64,000 bases of DNA, taken from positions 92,741-156,740 of the forward strand of contig VMFP01000003.1 of NCBI GenBank assembly GCA_007376145.1. Reading direction: 5' to 3'. Numbering within the stretch: position 1 is the first letter of the stretch; each line of letters begins with the position of its first letter. Shown in pieces: positions 8,337 through 17,416 of this stretch. Origin of the DNA: Parcubacteria group bacterium Gr01-1014_38 (GTDB lineage Bacteria; Patescibacteriota; Andersenbacteria; UBA10190; CAIZMI01). The notes below the pieces were generated by a model. It was not told the DNA's origin, made no database searches, and saw nothing but the letters and a program-made list of their open reading frames with translations. The position numbers and the translations under genes were made by a program.

Positions 8337-9812
8337 TTAGGCGGATTTCTTGAAGAGGTATGCGCCGATTCCCGAGAGCATTCCTCCGAACGTCAGGAGG
8401 AGCGTCTTTGCATCCATGCCGGTCTCCACGCCGAGAGGAACCGCCCGAGGCGCCGAGACTGTTATCGCGCCTTTCACCCGGGGAGCACTGACCGTGGTCG
8501 TATCTGCCGCGCTTGCGGAAAAGCCGGGCGCAACCGCCTCTACGGCGTTGCGGATGATGAACCCATGTGGAGCTGCCGGATCCACCTGCGCGGAGAAGGT
8601 GAATCGCTTGATCGTGTGCGGCGGGATCGTCTTGGCGTCCCACACGATCGTCCGCGTCGCGGCGTCATCCGCTCCAGCCGGTGTGATGGAGTTTGGATCC
8701 GGCCGCAGGTGTTGAGGGACGCGGTCTACTATCCGAAGATTGGTTGCCGGTGCATCGCCATCATTTTTAAGAGTGATCCGGTAGGTGAGAAATTCTCCTG
8801 GGGCAACGGTGTCCCGCTGATCTGTTTTCACGATGGCGGTGAGGCGCGGCATGGATGTCGGTTCAACGGGTGCCGGGGTCGGGACGTTTACCACGGTGGT
8901 CTGTCCCTGAATGACCTGGACGAGGGTCAGGACGCCCGGAGTCGGAGATGGTGTCGCAGTGGACGTCGGTAAAGGCGTCGGCGTGAGCGAGGAGGTGGAA
9001 GTTGCCGCCACCACGGTGATTGCACTCTCACAGGGAGCACCAAAATGCTCGAGGAGTTCTTCCAGCATGCCCCACGCGAAGGAGTACGTCCCTGCCGTGC
9101 TCGGGGCGCGGGCCGTAAAGATAAACGAGGCAAGACCACCGGGCGCTACCTGGAAGACCGGAAGCTCAATACGCCTGACGCCCCACGTGAGGTTATCAGT
9201 CGGATTGCGGGATCCCAGTCGGTGCGGGCTGATGATGGGCGACGCGTGCCATGGCCGCGTTCCCGTGTTCTGAAGCGTCACGCGCGCCTGGAACTCTTGT
9301 CCGAGTTGTACCGTTCGGGGGACGTCCACCGACACGCACGATGCATTGTTCACGAGCGGTGGGCAGAACCCGCCGCGCGTCACGATGCGGCCAGCGAGGT
9401 GCGGTCCCGCAAATGGCCCATACGCGGCGTCAATCTGGTACGCGCAGGGGGGGATGTTTCCGGTAATAGTCTTCGTCTCTCCCGGTTGAATAAGGGTAGG
9501 TTCCTGGATGTCCACCGGAACCTGGGTGAGATAGAGAAGCGGCGGGTCGGGACGGAATACACGGTAGATCTCGAGTCGAATCGGCACAGCACATCCGGCC
9601 GAGTTCGTTACCGTCACTGCGGCGTCGGTCAGATTCAGGGTGATGGATCCATTCGCGATATCGCTCTGGACCTCCTCCAGAGAGCACGTCTCCGCGCCAT
9701 GGGCAACGGTTACGGAGAACATAGCCCAGGCGATTCCTCCGACCAGCAGCATCCCCAGCACGGCGGAGATAGATGTTCGTGCGGTGTTCGTGGTCTGCCA
9801 GCGTGAGAACAT
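8337..9812 (-). CDS. Secreted surface protein, paralog of 4321..6933 (NBR1-FW-like and DUF11-like repeat, C-terminal membrane anchor or sorting signal)
   Basis: Signal peptide MFSRWQTTNTARTSISAVLGMLLVGGIAWAMFSVTVAHGAE; NBR1-FW-like segment (QNTGTRPWHASPIISPHRLGSRNPTDNLTWG...GTYSFAWGML); DUF11-like repeat (TYRITLKNDGDAPATNLRIVDRVP); C-terminus PLGVETG-MDAKTLLLTFGGMLSGIGAYLF-KKSA; the 5' extension in the track ORF overlaps the sortase gene. Confidence 0.7.
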   Translation of the reverse strand: MFSRWQTTNTARTSISAVLGMLLVGGIAWAMFSVTVAHGAETCSLEEVQSDIANGSITLNLTDAAVTVTNSAGCAVPIRLEIYRVFRPDPPLLYLTQVPVDIQEPTLIQPGETKTITGNIPPCAYQIDAAYGPFAGPHLAGRIVTRGGFCPPLVNNASCVSVDVPRTVQLGQEFQARVTLQNTGTRPWHASPIISPHRLGSRNPTDNLTWGVRRIELPVFQVAPGGLASFIFTARAPSTAGTYSFAWGMLEELLEHFGAPCESAITVVAATSTSSLTPTPLPTSTATPSPTPGVLTLVQVIQGQTTVVNVPTPAPVEPTSMPRLTAIVKTDQRDTVAPGEFLTYRITLKNDGDAPATNLRIVDRVPQHLRPDPNSITPAGADDAATRTIVWDAKTIPPHTIKRFTFSAQVDPAAPHGFIIRNAVEAVAPGFSASAADTTTVSAPRVKGAITVSAPRAVPLGVETGMDAKTLLLTFGGMLSGIGAYLFKKSA

Positions 9813-10024
9813 GGGATTCGAGTTCCGAGGTTTAACGATGAAGGAAAGTTGACTTTCTCTCCTTTTTATGACGTTCCCTGTACCGGAAGTCAGAGGGTTG
9901 GAGAATGCGGTTTCATACCACCCCCCGCTGGAGGCTGTCAAGGTGAAGAGGGGTTCTTGCGGCCGGTCAGTCTGCTCCGGCCTTACTTGGAAGGGCGTGC
10001 TCTTTGGGCCAGCCCGAGAGGCGC

Positions 10025-10768
10025 TTATGAGGCGTTCCGCGGTTGTACCGCGAGGGTAGCGGTGTCCACGAGTTCCGCATCCACCACAAGGCGCTGCTGC
10101 GTGGTCCAGAGCGGCCAGCAAGTGATGATGGACAGACGAGGCTGGTCAGCAGCCGAGTCTAAGAACGGCGTCTGGCGGGGGTTGACGAGCCGCTGATCGG
10201 TGACGCGGTACGTGTATCGGGACCCGTTGTGGTCCACGGAGATGGTGTCGCCCGGACGCAACTTCCCGGCGTGGAGGAAGGCGAAGCGGTACGGGCCTTT
10301 CCAGGGCTCGCCGGTGGAGTGCCCTGCGATGACGACCACGCCGCGCTGGCCGGGAGCAACGCCATTCGGGTACCGGACAACACCGACCTGCAGTGTTCGC
10401 AGGACATCAGCATTGTTGAGCGTTGGGGCCAGTGCGAGCGGGAGGTTCAGCGAGAGGGCCGGAATGCGAATCCAATTTCCCCGCTCATGGGTTTCCACCA
10501 CTATCTGGACAAGTGGTACTTCTGCCGGCGACGTGCGCGCGGGAGAGGATCCTCGGGCTGGCGCGAGGCGGGCCCGATAGAGCGCAGGAGAGACCGTAGC
10601 GGCAACGGGAAATGTGGGGCGGTAGCGCGGCTGCGTGAGCAGTTCTTCAACTCCCCGTCCAGCGAAGAACGTCAGGAGACCCGCGGCCGCCGCCGCGAGG
10701 AGGAATCCGAGAAGTAGGCCCTGGTCAGTGGGGGAGAGAGCGCGGACTCTCTCGGTGAGATGCCTCAT
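10025..10768 (-). CDS. Sortase family transpeptidase
   Basis: N-terminal TM anchor; catalytic His (VVVIAGHSTG), TLxTC-type Cys motif (LSIITCWP) and downstream Arg (QQRLVVD). Confidence 0.85.
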   Translation of the reverse strand: MRHLTERVRALSPTDQGLLLGFLLAAAAAGLLTFFAGRGVEELLTQPRYRPTFPVAATVSPALYRARLAPARGSSPARTSPAEVPLVQIVVETHERGNWIRIPALSLNLPLALAPTLNNADVLRTLQVGVVRYPNGVAPGQRGVVVIAGHSTGEPWKGPYRFAFLHAGKLRPGDTISVDHNGSRYTYRVTDQRLVNPRQTPFLDSAADQPRLSIITCWPLWTTQQRLVVDAELVDTATLAVQPRNAS

Positions 10769-10887
10769 GGGGGGGTCCTATCATGAGCGTCCCCCTTCGT
10801 CAATACTTCTCGACCCTTAAGCATCACCAGGTTGACGCATCCATGGTTCCCCCAAGAGACGGTATGATGGAGTCACGGAGGATGAGG

Positions 10888-11874
10888 ATGCCAGCAAAGG
10901 AGCAGTCCCAGGTTCGGGGACGTTCGCGTTCCCAAGGGGTGCGCACGACGCTCTTAACGCGCGTCGGCGACGGTCCACTCTTGCGACCCACGGACCGCTG
11001 GTGGGAGAACCAAGCGGTGTTCAACCCTGGTGCCGCCGAAGGGCCGGACGGCGTCATTCATCTGCTCTACCGCGCGCAGGGCCAAGATCACGTTTCCCGT
11101 TTCGGGCATGCAACCACTCGGGATGGCGTCACGATCGAGGAGCGCTGGCCGGAGCCGGTGTTCGAGCCTGACCTTCAGGACGAATTCGAGCGTCTCGGGA
11201 CGGAAGACCCGCGCCTGGTCCGCATGGACCATACTTATTATGTGACGTATACGGCTGCTTCCCTCTATCGGGCGAGCGATCCGCATCCGGAGTGGCTTCC
11301 GCCCGGCAGTCCGCCCTGGCGTGTGCGCGTCTCGCTCGCGCTGACGGAAGATTTCCGCACGTTCACGAGGCTCGGCGTCGTCCTCCCCGAGATGGACAAT
11401 AAGGACACCGTCCTCTTCCCGGAGAAAATCCGAGGGAAGTACGTCCTCCTGCACCGGCTGCCTCCCGATATGTGGATCGCCATGAGTGCAGATTTAAAAA
11501 CCTGGGAGGATCACCGCGTGGTGCTTCGGACGCGGCCGGCGCTGTGGGACGAGTATAAACTGGGGGCGGGCCCTCCCCCTGTTCGCACCCCGTCCGGCTG
11601 GCTCGTCTGCTACCACGGGATCGATCACCACCACGTCTACCGCGCTGGCTTTGCCCTTCTCGACTTAGAGGACCCCAGTCAGGTCTTGGGTCGGTCGAGT
11701 GATCCGGCGCTCGAGCCCCGAGAGTCCTGGGAACTTCGTGGTCAGACGCCGCGGGTGGTGTTTCCCTCAGGAATGATCCTGCGGGGGGATGAGCTGCTCG
11801 TGTATTACGGTGCTGCGGATGCCGTCGTGGGAGTCGCCCAAGCATCGTTGCGGGCCGTTCTCGCCTCTCTCTGA
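10888..11874 (+). CDS. Glycoside hydrolase family 130 protein (beta-mannoside phosphorylase/glycosidase-like, DUF377)
   Basis: GH130 hallmarks (FNPGAAEGPDGVIHLLYRAQG, EDPRLVRMDHTYYVTYTA, VLFPEKIRGKYVLLHR, GWLVCYHG); GGAGG SD 6 nt before ATG 10888; track start 10783 would overlap the sortase promoter. Confidence 0.8.
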   Translation: MPAKEQSQVRGRSRSQGVRTTLLTRVGDGPLLRPTDRWWENQAVFNPGAAEGPDGVIHLLYRAQGQDHVSRFGHATTRDGVTIEERWPEPVFEPDLQDEFERLGTEDPRLVRMDHTYYVTYTAASLYRASDPHPEWLPPGSPPWRVRVSLALTEDFRTFTRLGVVLPEMDNKDTVLFPEKIRGKYVLLHRLPPDMWIAMSADLKTWEDHRVVLRTRPALWDEYKLGAGPPPVRTPSGWLVCYHGIDHHHVYRAGFALLDLEDPSQVLGRSSDPALEPRESWELRGQTPRVVFPSGMILRGDELLVYYGAADAVVGVAQASLRAVLASL

Positions 11875-11915
11875 ATGGTCGCGACGCCCGGTCCTTGGTA
11901 TGGTTTACCTAGACG

Positions 11916-12599
11916 GTGGAGCAGCAAGTCTTGTGCGTTCGGCGCACCACGTTCGAAGAGCGGCTCGGAGGAATTCCGCTGGGTCTGACCGTGGACGCGG
12001 ACACTCTTACCGCGTTTCAGGAGGTGGTTCGATCGGCAGGCGAATTCCGGCCAAGGCCCGCGCTCGAGAAAGATCCTACGTACCTCCAGGTCATCGTGCA
12101 GGGTCTCGTGACCGATGGGACATCCGTCCTCGCCCTCTTCCGGAAATCCCGGAAGCCGCAGACGGGCCGCTTCGTGGAGACGCGTCACAATGCGCAGATC
12201 GCGCTCTCGTCGGGCGGGCACGTGGAACCGGTCGAGGCCCGCAGCGGGGATGTCCTCCGCGCTGCGTTGGAGCGCGAGTTGAGCGAAGAGTTGATCTTCA
12301 CCCCCGTCCCGCCGCGGTCGGCACTGCTGCCGTTGGGACTGGTCTGCAACGCCGCACCCGACGCTTCGCTCTTTCACCGCGTGCACATTGGGGTGGTCTT
12401 CTTGGTGTCGGTTCCTGGAGCGGTTCGCCTCCCGGAGGGAAGCGATGAGTTCGAGCATATCGAGCTCGCCGGGCGCGATCGACTTCAAAAACTTCTGCCA
12501 CGGATGGAGGGATGGGGACGGATTCTCGCCGACGCGATTCTTGGCGGGAGGCTCTCTCTCGACATTCCTGAGACCGTCGTCGCCCGGAAGCGGACGTAA
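11916..12599 (+). CDS. Nudix-like phosphohydrolase (tentative)
   Basis: Degenerate Nudix box GGHVEPVEARSGDVLRAALERELSEELIF preceded by beta-rich segment; GC3 bias favours this strand over antisense ORF 11805..12488; GTG start. Confidence 0.5.
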   Translation: MEQQVLCVRRTTFEERLGGIPLGLTVDADTLTAFQEVVRSAGEFRPRPALEKDPTYLQVIVQGLVTDGTSVLALFRKSRKPQTGRFVETRHNAQIALSSGGHVEPVEARSGDVLRAALERELSEELIFTPVPPRSALLPLGLVCNAAPDASLFHRVHIGVVFLVSVPGAVRLPEGSDEFEHIELAGRDRLQKLLPRMEGWGRILADAILGGRLSLDIPETVVARKRT

Positions 12600-12678
12600 A
12601 CCAGACCTCCCAAGTGGCGCGTCTGCAGGCGGGGCCAGTCTTGGCTCTTAAGCATTCCTTCCTGTACCGTGGGGCTTC

Positions 12679-14022
12679 ATGAACGCAGCAGGGAAGAAGC
12701 ACGTTGCCGTCCGTGAGCCGAGCACCCGCGTCGCGGCGGAGACCGTCGCGATTGTGGGGCTCGGGTATGTCGGCATCCCGGTGGCTGCCGCGGCGCGCGA
12801 GAAAGGGTTTACAGTCCTCGGCTATGACGTGGACCAGGGAAAAGTGGCGCGCATCGCCACCGGAGTATTTCCGTTCCGTGATGCCGAGGTCGAGACCGCG
12901 TTTCGCGCTTTTCCCTTGGAGGCGACGAGCGATGCTCGTCGGCTGGCCGACGCCGACACCGTGATCGTGGCCGTGCCGACGCCCGTCGATCACGACTCAC
13001 GGCCAGACTTCAGTCCGCTCCGGACTGCCGTCGAAACAGTCGCACTCCATGCCAAGCCCGGCGTGCTGCTCTCCATTGAATCCACCGTGAACCCCGGCGT
13101 GTGTGAGGAAATGCTCGTCCCGCTGCTCCGGTCGCGCGGGCGCGATCCTGACGGCGGCAACGTGTTGCTCGTGCACTGCCCGGAGCGCGTGAACCCCGGC
13201 GATACCCGCTGGACGATTCGTACCATTCCCCGCGTGCTCGGCGGATACACGGACGAGGCCGCGGAGCGGGGACTCTCCTTCTACACCCGACTCCTCGACG
13301 CGTCGGTCAAGCGGATGTCGTCTCTCCGCGCGGCAGAAGCAGTGAAAATGGTCGAGAACGCCTTCCGCGACGTGAACATCGCCTTCGTGAACGAACTGGC
13401 GCAGAGCTTTGATCGGCTCAAGATCGACGTGGCGGAGGTTCTCGATGGTGCGTCCACGAAGCCATTTGCCTTCCTTGCGCATTTTCCAGGGTGCGGGGTG
13501 GGCGGACACTGCATTCCCGTCGATCCGCACTACCTCATCGAGCACGCTTTAGCCCGCGGGTTCGAACACCGGTTCCTGAAATTGGCCCGGGAGATCAATC
13601 AGGCCATGCCGCGGTACACGGTTGAGAAGTTGCAGGCGGTCCTCGCCGCCTCAGGCGTGCAGAAGAACGGGGAAGGCGTGCACGGTGTGCGGGTAGCCTT
13701 GCTCGGCCTCGCGTACAAGCGCGATGTCAATGACCTCCGTGAAAGTCCGGCACTGGAGGTAGAGAAGATTCTCCGCGCCGAGGGTGCGGTCGTCACCGCC
13801 TTCGATCCGTACGTTCCCGAGCGGTCGTCCGTCGCGACACTCGACGAAGCCCTGCAGCAGGCAGAAGCCATCGTGCTCGCGACGGACCATACGGTCTTTC
13901 GGCAACTCATGCCGGATGATCTGGCTGGGACACCCGTCCGAGTCATTGTCGACGGCCGGAACTGTCTCGACCACGAGGCGTTTCGCAAGGCCAGGTACGC
14001 GATTACGGGCATTGGACGGTGA
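12679..14022 (+). CDS. UDP-glucose/GDP-mannose dehydrogenase family nucleotide-sugar 6-dehydrogenase (WecC/WbpA-like)
   Basis: N-terminal Rossmann VAIVGLGYVGIPVA; catalytic region GFLAHFPGCGVGGHCIPVDP; C-terminal UDP-binding domain ALLGLAYKRDVNDLRESPA. Confidence 0.85.
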   Translation: MNAAGKKHVAVREPSTRVAAETVAIVGLGYVGIPVAAAAREKGFTVLGYDVDQGKVARIATGVFPFRDAEVETAFRAFPLEATSDARRLADADTVIVAVPTPVDHDSRPDFSPLRTAVETVALHAKPGVLLSIESTVNPGVCEEMLVPLLRSRGRDPDGGNVLLVHCPERVNPGDTRWTIRTIPRVLGGYTDEAAERGLSFYTRLLDASVKRMSSLRAAEAVKMVENAFRDVNIAFVNELAQSFDRLKIDVAEVLDGASTKPFAFLAHFPGCGVGGHCIPVDPHYLIEHALARGFEHRFLKLAREINQAMPRYTVEKLQAVLAASGVQKNGEGVHGVRVALLGLAYKRDVNDLRESPALEVEKILRAEGAVVTAFDPYVPERSSVATLDEALQQAEAIVLATDHTVFRQLMPDDLAGTPVRVIVDGRNCLDHEAFRKARYAITGIGR

Positions 14023-14116
14023 AATCTCCCCGCCGCAAGCGGCGGGGCAGAAAGGGGGCTTCGCTGTGCGGAGGAGAAGCTCTCGGTCTCTCGGGACTCC
14101 GTGATACGATACGGCC

Positions 14117-14563
14117 ATGCCCGCCACGGTTGATGCGCTCGTCGTTACCTGTGTGGATTCCCCGCTCCACCGGGCGGACAAGCCTGCCCTCGCGGAGTAT
14201 CTCCGCGGGAAGCACGTGGGCATCAACACCTGGGACCTTCTGACGGCTTCCGGCGGGATCCGCGATCTCGTGGCTGCAGACGCGGGGGGTCGGAAAGAGG
14301 CGCTCCTGCATGCCATCCGGGTGGTCCACGATGCGCACGGAGTGTCGAAGATCCTGTTCGTGAATCACTCCGCGTGTACGGCGTACGGGGGCAGCGCGCG
14401 CTTCCGTACCCTGACCGAGGAGTACCGGGAGCACGCCGACGACCTCCAGGCCGCCCGTGCGGCAGTGCGCCAACTGCTCCCGAACCTCGACATCCGACTC
14501 TTTTTTGCGACCGTGGAAGAGCGCGCGGACGGTCATTTTGTCACGATTGACGAAGTGCGATAA
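14117..14563 (+). CDS. Hypothetical protein, possibly beta-carbonic-anhydrase-like metal-binding fold
   Basis: CVDSP ... HSAC spacing loosely resembles the beta-CA Cys-Asp...His-x-x-Cys zinc ligands; weak. Confidence 0.4.
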   Translation: MPATVDALVVTCVDSPLHRADKPALAEYLRGKHVGINTWDLLTASGGIRDLVAADAGGRKEALLHAIRVVHDAHGVSKILFVNHSACTAYGGSARFRTLTEEYREHADDLQAARAAVRQLLPNLDIRLFFATVEERADGHFVTIDEVR

Positions 14564-14568
14564 ACTCA

Positions 14569-15966
14569 TTGCGAGAGCGCGTGACCGGTCAACACCAACC
14601 CGCACGTTCGCCTCGGTCTCGCCGACCGGTCTTCGCCGTCTCCCTACTGCTTGTGATCGCTCTCGTGGCGGGGATCTGCGTTCACTCTTCCTCGGCGCAG
14701 GTTCTCGTCCCTTCACCGGCGGCGAGTCCGCTCCCGACGGTGACTCCTTCTCCGGTGAGTCCGCAGCTCCTCCCGACGCCATCCGTTTCACCCTCGCCGC
14801 TCCCCGTCCGTCCTCCGCAGATCATTGCGGAAGCGGGGATTCTTCCCACGAGCGTGTTCTCCGCCTTCGATCGACTCAGTGAGTTGTTTGACCGGAGCCT
14901 CTTCAGTTTCGGCATCCCCACGCTGCGCGCGCGTATCGCTCTCACCCAGGCGGCGGAGCGCATCGCGGAATTACAAGCGCTCGAGCGGGCCGGACGGCTG
15001 ACGCCCGCATCTGCCCGCGGCCTCTTACAAGCACATGAGCGACTCCTGACGATCGCAGACCGAATCGTGGCGCGTCAACTTGCGGCCGGCGCGGTGCCTC
15101 CCGATCTTCTCTTCCTCCTCATCCGCACGCGGCTCGCCGCCGCCGGGGTGCTCGAAGAGCTCGAGGAAGAAGCGGCGGCGGAACGTGAGCTCGACAAGGA
15201 GGAATTTTCGTCTCCTGCTCCCACCGGCGCGTTTCCCGAAGCGGCCACCCTCGATCCCGTCGACGATGAGGTCAAAGATCTCGCGGAACTCCTCGACGAG
15301 GAAATCGAGGAGCTCGTGGAGTTCGAAGATGGCATGATTCCTCCCGGGGCTTCGGCGATTCCCCCGAACGTTCTCCGCTTCCTTGCCGAGCAGAAGGTCG
15401 CCAAGGCCGAGCGGGATCTTCTCCGGGCGGTTCGAAAGGTCGAGGAGCGCCTCGCGCAGGGGAAGGTCCTCATTGCCGATACCGAATTGCGTGCAAGCGC
15501 GGATGCCGCCCTCGTGACCGCTCGCCAGTTGTTCGCTGCGGAGAACTTTGCAGAGGCGCTGCGGATTGCTCGGGACGTGCGACGCATTGCCGACCGTTTG
15601 AAGAGTGGACAGATTGCTCTCGAATCGAACGCGCTCCGGTCGGGAGACGCGGAGCGCCGGGTTGAGCGGATTCTCCAGCAGCTCGTCGAGCACGGGTTCC
15701 TCGGGGTCGATGCGCAGAGCGCGGCGCTCCTTCGTGCGCGGCAGGCCATTGAGCAGGTGCGGAGGAATTCCGGGACTGCATTCCCGACTCCGCGCCCCGG
15801 AGAGAACGGTGCGGATCGCGACGAGGATGACGATAAGGATAAAAAAGAGAAGAAAGAAGAGGATAAGGATGGGTCGCGGGGCTCTGACTCGGGATCTTCC
15901 GGCTCTGAAGGCGGTTCATCTAGGAGCGGGTCCTCGGGGAGTGGATCTTCCGGCAGCGGACGGTAG
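14569..15966 (+). CDS. Secreted/anchored alpha-helical protein (DUF5667-like) with acidic-Lys and Ser/Gly-rich tail
   Basis: N-terminal signal anchor, Pro/Ser-rich linker, long helical region, low-complexity C-terminus DEDDDKDKKEKKEEDKDGSRGSDSGSSGSEGGSS; TTG/GTG start. Confidence 0.6.
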   Translation: MRERVTGQHQPARSPRSRRPVFAVSLLLVIALVAGICVHSSSAQVLVPSPAASPLPTVTPSPVSPQLLPTPSVSPSPLPVRPPQIIAEAGILPTSVFSAFDRLSELFDRSLFSFGIPTLRARIALTQAAERIAELQALERAGRLTPASARGLLQAHERLLTIADRIVARQLAAGAVPPDLLFLLIRTRLAAAGVLEELEEEAAAERELDKEEFSSPAPTGAFPEAATLDPVDDEVKDLAELLDEEIEELVEFEDGMIPPGASAIPPNVLRFLAEQKVAKAERDLLRAVRKVEERLAQGKVLIADTELRASADAALVTARQLFAAENFAEALRIARDVRRIADRLKSGQIALESNALRSGDAERRVERILQQLVEHGFLGVDAQSAALLRARQAIEQVRRNSGTAFPTPRPGENGADRDEDDDKDKKEKKEEDKDGSRGSDSGSSGSEGGSSRSGSSGSGSSGSGR

Positions 15967-16060
15967 GTCTCTGCTTTTCGTTCTCGTCGGTCCCCGTGGT
16001 CTTACGGGGTTGATGTTCCAAAAGGCTCGGGCGTGACGGTTCGACCGATGCTGTGATAGC

Positions 16061-17398
16061 ATGGAGCGCAGGTTTTCTCCGATGAATTTCCGCGATCCCG
16101 AGCGGCCGCGTGTTTCCCGTCGAGTCTCGAGCGTGACGCTTCCACTGCCGCCGCGGGGGAAGCGGATTGCCTACCTCTCGACCTATCTCCCCAGGGAGTG
16201 CGGATTGTCGACGTTCACCCGCGACCTCTCCTCTGCCGTTGACACACTCGGAGTCTTCTCGCACCCCACGATCATCGCCGTCCACGATCCGGACATTTAC
16301 AGCGGTCCCTATGCCCACGAGGTCCGCTTCCTGCTTCTCCAGCACGATCGGAACAGCTACGCGCAGGCGGCGACGTTTGTGAACCAGAGCGATGTCGCCC
16401 TCGTGAACGTCCAGCACGAATTCGGCATTTTCGGAACCGACAGTCCGCGCGGGACGTGGGACGGCACATACGTTCTCGATTTCCTCCGGGCTCTGCGGAA
16501 GCCGGCCGTCGTCACCCTCCACACCGTGCTCGAGCATCCGAATCCGCGGCAGGCGGCGGCATTCCGAGAGTTGGGAAAGTTGAGTGCCCGCTTGGTCGTC
16601 ATGGCCGGGAACGTTTCTGAGATTCTCGAGCGGGTCTACCGGATCCCGGCGGAGAAGATCTTCTTCATCCACCACGGCGCACCCGATGTTCCCTTCCACG
16701 GGAGCGACTACTTCAAGCGCGTGTTCAGTCTTTCCGGAAGAGAAGTACTCATGACCTTTGGACTTCTCTCACCGAATAAGGGGGTCGAGTACGTCTTGGA
16801 CGCTCTCCCCGAGGTGGTTGCCAAACACCCCGAGGTGATCTACCTCATTGTCGGCGCCACGCACCCCGTTGTTCGGAAAGAGGCGGGAGAGGTCTACCGC
16901 AAGATGCTCCGTCGCCGCGTGCGGGAACACAAGCTCAACGAGCATGTCCGCTTCGTGAACCAGTACCTCACCCTCAACCAACTCATCCTTTTTCTGCGCG
17001 CGACGAACATCTACCTTGCTCCCCAGCTCGATCTCTCTCAATATGTCTCGGGTACCCTGGCGTACGCGGCGGCTTTCGGGAAAGCGATCATCGCCACGGG
17101 ATCTCGCTACGCGCAGTACCTTCTGGCCGATGATCGCGGGCTGCTCGTTCCCGCCCGCGATGCGCGCGCGCTCGCCGTCGCTCTCGAGGCGCTCTTGGGC
17201 AACCCGCAGCGGAAGCGGGACGTCGAGGAGGCGATCTATATCTATTCTCGGGCAATGACCTGGCCCTCGGTGGCCAGCCAGTACGCGGATTTGTTCCGGA
17301 AGGTGATCGCGGAGCACAACGGTCTGTTCAACAGCGCCGGTGCGGTCAAACCCGTACCGCGCAGAGTTCAGAAGAGCGAGGAAGTCGGCGTGGCGTAA
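16061..17398 (+). CDS. GT4 family glycosyltransferase
   Basis: GT-B C-terminal domain motifs (VRFVNQYLTLNQLILFLRATNIYLAPQ..., AIIATGSRYAQYLLADDRGLLVPARDARALAVALEALL). Confidence 0.85.
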   Translation: MERRFSPMNFRDPERPRVSRRVSSVTLPLPPRGKRIAYLSTYLPRECGLSTFTRDLSSAVDTLGVFSHPTIIAVHDPDIYSGPYAHEVRFLLLQHDRNSYAQAATFVNQSDVALVNVQHEFGIFGTDSPRGTWDGTYVLDFLRALRKPAVVTLHTVLEHPNPRQAAAFRELGKLSARLVVMAGNVSEILERVYRIPAEKIFFIHHGAPDVPFHGSDYFKRVFSLSGREVLMTFGLLSPNKGVEYVLDALPEVVAKHPEVIYLIVGATHPVVRKEAGEVYRKMLRRRVREHKLNEHVRFVNQYLTLNQLILFLRATNIYLAPQLDLSQYVSGTLAYAAAFGKAIIATGSRYAQYLLADDRGLLVPARDARALAVALEALLGNPQRKRDVEEAIYIYSRAMTWPSVASQYADLFRKVIAEHNGLFNSAGAVKPVPRRVQKSEEVGVA

Positions 17399-17416
17399 AG
17401 GGAACATCGTTATCTC

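Noticed and set aside
8289-8972. 227-aa plus-strand ORF inside the large minus-strand surface-protein gene
   Set aside because: Arg/Cys/Gly low-complexity; the opposite strand encodes recognisable NBR1-FW-like and DUF11-like domains plus a signal peptide.
11805-12488. 227-aa antisense ORF opposite the Nudix-like gene
   Set aside because: Plus strand has a Nudix-box-like motif and better GC3 bias; antisense product lacks motifs.
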